Positions 26,946 through 29,376 of a stretch of 29,376 nt of DNA are shown in pieces. The translations under genes and the position numbers were made by a program. The stretch comes from a virus (taxonomy: Duplodnaviria > Caudoviricetes): positions 1-29,376 of the IMG/VR virus record IMGVR_UViG_3300043908_002087, one strand, 5' to 3'. The notes under the pieces are model-generated. The model was not told the DNA's origin and did no database searches. It worked only from the letters and a program-made list of their open reading frames with translations. Every line of letters starts with the position of its first letter. Position 1 is the first letter of the stretch.

Positions 26946-26976
26946 TTTGTAGTTTGTAAATATATTTATATATTAG
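26946..26976 (+). promoter_or_regulatory. Putative host-type (Bacteroidota) promoter
   Basis: TTTG-N19-TATATTAG; shares TTGTA and TATTTATATATT with the 16321-16352 promoter. Confidence 0.6.
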
Positions 26977-26999
26977 CATTGTATTTAAAAACAAACAAA

Positions 27000-27224
27000 A
27001 TGAAATTAGTAAAAGAACATAGCAGATTGACACAAGTTAAAGAAGGTAATAGAATTGTATTTAAGGTTTTAGAATCAAGAAATGGTAAAAGATTTCATAG
27101 TATGTACAAAGGAGGATTTGGAATTGTACCTGATTGTAACTCTTTTGAGGAATGTATTGAAAAAACATTTAAAAAATTACACATAATAAATGAAGATTTT
27201 AAAAACAGATTAATTAGAATTTAA
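27000..27224 (+). CDS. Orphan hypothetical protein (74 aa, MKLVKEHSRL...)
   Basis: ATG 27000 with AAACAAACAAA context is better than TTG 26979; has its own promoter and terminator. Confidence 0.7.
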   Translation: MKLVKEHSRLTQVKEGNRIVFKVLESRNGKRFHSMYKGGFGIVPDCNSFEECIEKTFKKLHIINEDFKNRLIRI

Positions 27225-27230
27225 TTAAGT

Positions 27231-27326
27231 TAAACAACTAAATTAAAAGCTCCTGACAATTCTGCCTCTCCAATAAAACCAGCGGAAGGTCTTGTTAACG
27301 AGTAATTCCTATAATCTAGTTGTTTA
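27231..27326 (+). ncRNA. Candidate structured non-coding RNA (rod-like multi-stem hairpin)
   Basis: Nested pairings TAAACAACTA/TAGTTGTTTA, ATTA/TAAT, GCTC/GAGT, TGACAA/TTGTTA, TTCTGC/GCGGAA around a 16-nt loop; G-U wobbles favour a + strand RNA. Confidence 0.55.
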
Positions 27327-27327
27327 T

Positions 27328-27362
27328 ACCTCCCTACTATTTAGTATGGGAGGTTTTTTTTT
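27328..27362 (+). terminator. Intrinsic terminator
   Basis: ACCTCCC-TACT / AGTA-(T)-GGGAGGT stem followed by a long T run. Confidence 0.9.
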
Positions 27363-27385
27363 GTACAAACTTTTTTAATTTTGTA

Positions 27386-27421
27386 TATAACACTTTACTA
27401 AAAAATTTACATTAATAGTAT
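27386..27421 (+). promoter_or_regulatory. Putative phage late promoter, copy 2
   Basis: TATAACACTTT-N9-TTTACATTAATAGTAT, same as 7778-7813; runs into the ATG at 27420. Confidence 0.75.
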
Positions 27422-28058
27422 GAGGATTAAATTAAATGTTCCTGAAGATTTAAGTGAAATAACACTTGCACAGTATCAACGTTGGATCAAAATAGCTGAA
27501 AAGCAAGAAGAAGTAAATACTTTCTACCAGCAAAAGATGATTGAAATATTCTGCAATGCTAACTTACAGGACATTATGCAGATGAGGTTAAAGGACATTC
27601 AAGAGATTACAACTCACTTGGATTCTTTATTTAATAACACACCAGAGTTTCAACCTTTATTTAAATTAGAAGATGAAGAGTTTGGATTTATTCCAAAGCT
27701 AGATGAAATGACATTTGGTGAATATATTGATTTAGATAATTACCTTGCAGATTGGCAGCAGATGGATTCAGCAATGGCTGTTTTGTTTCGTCCAGTAACA
27801 TACAAAAGAAAAGGTAAGTATTTAATTGAAGATTATGTTAGTTCTGAAAAGTATGATCTAAGTGAAATGCCCTTGAATGTTGTACTTGGTTCTTTGGTTT
27901 TTTTTTGCGATTTAAAGAACGAATTACTGAAACATATAATGAACTATTTGAAAACTCAGGACATAGTGGACATTCCACAAAGCTTGAAGGATTTGCTAGA
28001 AAGTGGGGTTGGTATCAATCCATATATGGGCTTACAAAAGGAGAGGTTAATAAAATAG
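27420..28058 (+). CDS. Tail assembly chaperone (gpG-like, 212 aa)
   Basis: EITL.QYQ, FGFIPKLDEMTFGEYIDLD, MAVLFRP motifs; contains T9 slippery run leading into an open -1 frame. Confidence 0.65.
   Translation: MRIKLNVPEDLSEITLAQYQRWIKIAEKQEEVNTFYQQKMIEIFCNANLQDIMQMRLKDIQEITTHLDSLFNNTPEFQPLFKLEDEEFGFIPKLDEMTFGEYIDLDNYLADWQQMDSAMAVLFRPVTYKRKGKYLIEDYVSSEKYDLSEMPLNVVLGSLVFFCDLKNELLKHIMNYLKTQDIVDIPQSLKDLLESGVGINPYMGLQKERLIK
27897..27907 (+). other. Putative -1 programmed ribosomal frameshift site (GTT TTT TTT TGC)
   Basis: T TTT TTT heptamer at 27899-27905 in correct X XXY YYZ phase; the -1 frame is open to 28162. Confidence 0.75.
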
Positions 28059-28162
28059 ATACTGTTACTTCTACTAAATTACATACTTGCTTAACTATGT
28101 TAGCATTTGAAAAAGATAAAATGGAAGTTGAACAGCAATTGATGAAAAATGCAAAGAGATGA
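27905..28162 (+). CDS. -1 frame extension of the tail assembly chaperone (gpGT-like, fusion ~247 aa)
   Basis: No good independent start (TTG inside the T run); FARKWGWYQSIY...LHTCLTMLAFEKDK reads as real protein. Confidence 0.7.
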   Translation: MRFKERITETYNELFENSGHSGHSTKLEGFARKWGWYQSIYGLTKGEVNKIDTVTSTKLHTCLTMLAFEKDKMEVEQQLMKNAKR

Positions 28163-28415
28163 AATCATAGATCAGCTAATTACAAGAAAGCTGTTTGGTC
28201 AATCTGAATCATTGGTGTTAACTGATGGATTAGAGGAAGCATTTATGGGAGTAACCTCAACAACACCAACTAGAGCTATTTATGATTATTGGAAGTGTTT
28301 AGATATTATCATAAAATCAAATGAAATGAACTTTGATGATTCCATTGATTATTTAAACCAATTAACAGAAGAAGATGTTGGAGAGCATTCACCATTATAT
28401 ATAAAATTAATATGA
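28149..28415 (+). CDS. Conserved-looking hypothetical phage protein (88 aa)
   Basis: DGLEEAFMG...RAIYD..K...M..DD..DY...VGEHSP pattern; overlaps both neighbours. Confidence 0.7.
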   Translation: MQRDEIIDQLITRKLFGQSESLVLTDGLEEAFMGVTSTTPTRAIYDYWKCLDIIIKSNEMNFDDSIDYLNQLTEEDVGEHSPLYIKLI

Positions 28416-28867
28416 ACAGTTTTTATAGAGTAATAGATAAAATTAAACAGGCAGTAAGCTCTGAACCATTTAACAACCAAGTTACCTTTGGTGATATTGC
28501 AGATGTTGATCTTAGAAAGCAATCAATGTTTCCATTATCACACATTACAGTAAACAATGCAACCATAACTGAAAACCTTGTACAGCACAATATGACAGTG
28601 TTCTTTATGGATTTAGTAGATGTAAGCAATTCAGAAGATGAAAGCTTTTTTCTTGGCAATGACAATACACAGGACATTTTAAACACACAGTTAGCACTTG
28701 CAACAAGAGTAATACAGCTATTAAGAAAAGGTGATTTATACAGGGATGAATTTGAGATTGAAGGTGATGCAAGTTGTGAACCATTTACAGAAAGGTTTGA
28801 AAACAGGTTGGCAGGTTGGGCAGTTACATTTACAATAAACACCAAAACTGAAATGACTATTTGCTAA
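28412..28867 (+). CDS. Putative tail terminator/completion protein (151 aa)
   Basis: FPLSHI and CEPFTERFENRLAGW motifs; tail operon context. Confidence 0.6.
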   Translation: MNSFYRVIDKIKQAVSSEPFNNQVTFGDIADVDLRKQSMFPLSHITVNNATITENLVQHNMTVFFMDLVDVSNSEDESFFLGNDNTQDILNTQLALATRVIQLLRKGDLYRDEFEIEGDASCEPFTERFENRLAGWAVTFTINTKTEMTIC

Positions 28868-29370
28868 TGGGAGAATTTGAAAAGGCATTAGAAAAGTATG
28901 GCAAGTATGTTGTTCAACAGGCAAGAACAAGATTAACAAAAGGTAGGCAACCTTATGGGACAATAAATTCTTCAAAGCAATTATACAACAGCTTAAAATT
29001 TAATGTTAAAAAAAATGGCATTGAATTTAGTATGCTTGAATATGGAGAATATCAAGACCAAGGTGTTAGAGGTAAAAATTCTTATTATGCTGATGAAACT
29101 GCAAACAGTCCATTTAAATACAAAAATAAAATCCCACCAGCACAACCTTTTGAAAAGTGGATAAAGAAAAAAGGAATACAGGGAAGAGATAAAAAAACAG
29201 GAAGATTTATTACAAGAAAATCATTAAGCTTCATAATTGCAAGAAGTATTTACAGCAAAGGAATCAGAGCTACACTATTTTTTACAAAACCTTTTGAAGA
29301 TGGTTTAAATAAATACAGTGATGAATTTATAGAAGGTTTTTTAAATGACAATTTAAATATTGAAGAATGA
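28867..29370 (+). CDS. Putative neck/tail completion protein (HK97 gp10-like position)
   Basis: S..LYNS, YG.YQDQGV.G, F.IARSI..KGI....FF motifs; ATG 28867 coupled to upstream TAA; ATGA overlap with ORF 181 across the join. Confidence 0.6.
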   Translation: MGEFEKALEKYGKYVVQQARTRLTKGRQPYGTINSSKQLYNSLKFNVKKNGIEFSMLEYGEYQDQGVRGKNSYYADETANSPFKYKNKIPPAQPFEKWIKKKGIQGRDKKTGRFITRKSLSFIIARSIYSKGIRATLFFTKPFEDGLNKYSDEFIEGFLNDNLNIEE

Positions 29371-29376
29371 GTACAT
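29187..29376. repeat. Terminal direct repeat / circular assembly overlap, copy 2
   Basis: 188/190 identical to 1-190. Confidence 0.97.

Noticed and set aside
27231-27326. Hammerhead ribozyme, SRP RNA or tRNA identity for the hairpin
   Set aside because: CTGACAA does not match CUGANGA and there is no GAAA core; GCGGAAGG lacks the rest of the SRP domain IV motif; no cloverleaf or TTCG arm.
27459-27483. ATAACACTTGCAC resembling the promoter upstream half
   Set aside because: Lies within coding sequence (EITLAQ) and lacks the ACATTAATAGTAT half.
205-28975. All minus-strand ORFs in the track, plus nested + strand ORFs 7201-7407 and 21679-21900
   Set aside because: They are shadows of longer + strand genes with no recognisable motifs; the + strand is already tiled by coupled genes.
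1-29376. Stop-codon reassignment, diversity-generating retroelement, introns/inteins, or integrase/lysogeny module
   Set aside because: Genes are full length under the standard code with TAA, TAG and TGA all used as stops; no reverse transcriptase, recombinase, CI-like repressor or interrupted core gene seen.

Overview
The window is an apparently complete, circularised ~29,186-bp genome of an AT-rich tailed dsDNA phage. Positions 1-190 repeat at 29187-29376 with 2 mismatches. It is siphovirus-like and probably infects a Bacteroidota/Flavobacteriia host: starts are A-rich with no Shine-Dalgarno, and there are TTG-N19-21-TAnnTTTG-like promoters. All credible genes lie on the + strand. Modules: tail (27420-6021 across the join), head (6033-12723, with the tail tube gene inside it), LamG receptor-binding protein and lysis (12734-15232), early/recombination/replication genes with two MTases (16370-24012), a sigma-like factor, microproteins and terminase (24038-26841). 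I see no integrase, DNA polymerase, tRNA or CRISPR array. The most unusual region is 26865-27421. It holds a second, non-coding copy of the iteron + AAGAT-pentamer origin-like motif that also sits inside the replication initiator gene (21091-21144). This is followed by a host-type promoter, a 74-aa orphan ORF, a ~96-nt rod-like structured RNA candidate, a terminator and a phage late-promoter motif. Other highlights: a 53-aa microprotein ending like the ribonucleotide reductase redox tail (CSIDNNECESCSG), a -1 frameshift in a displaced tail chaperone, and strong but mosaic CpG depletion. All functional calls come from motif recognition by eye; no database searches were run.
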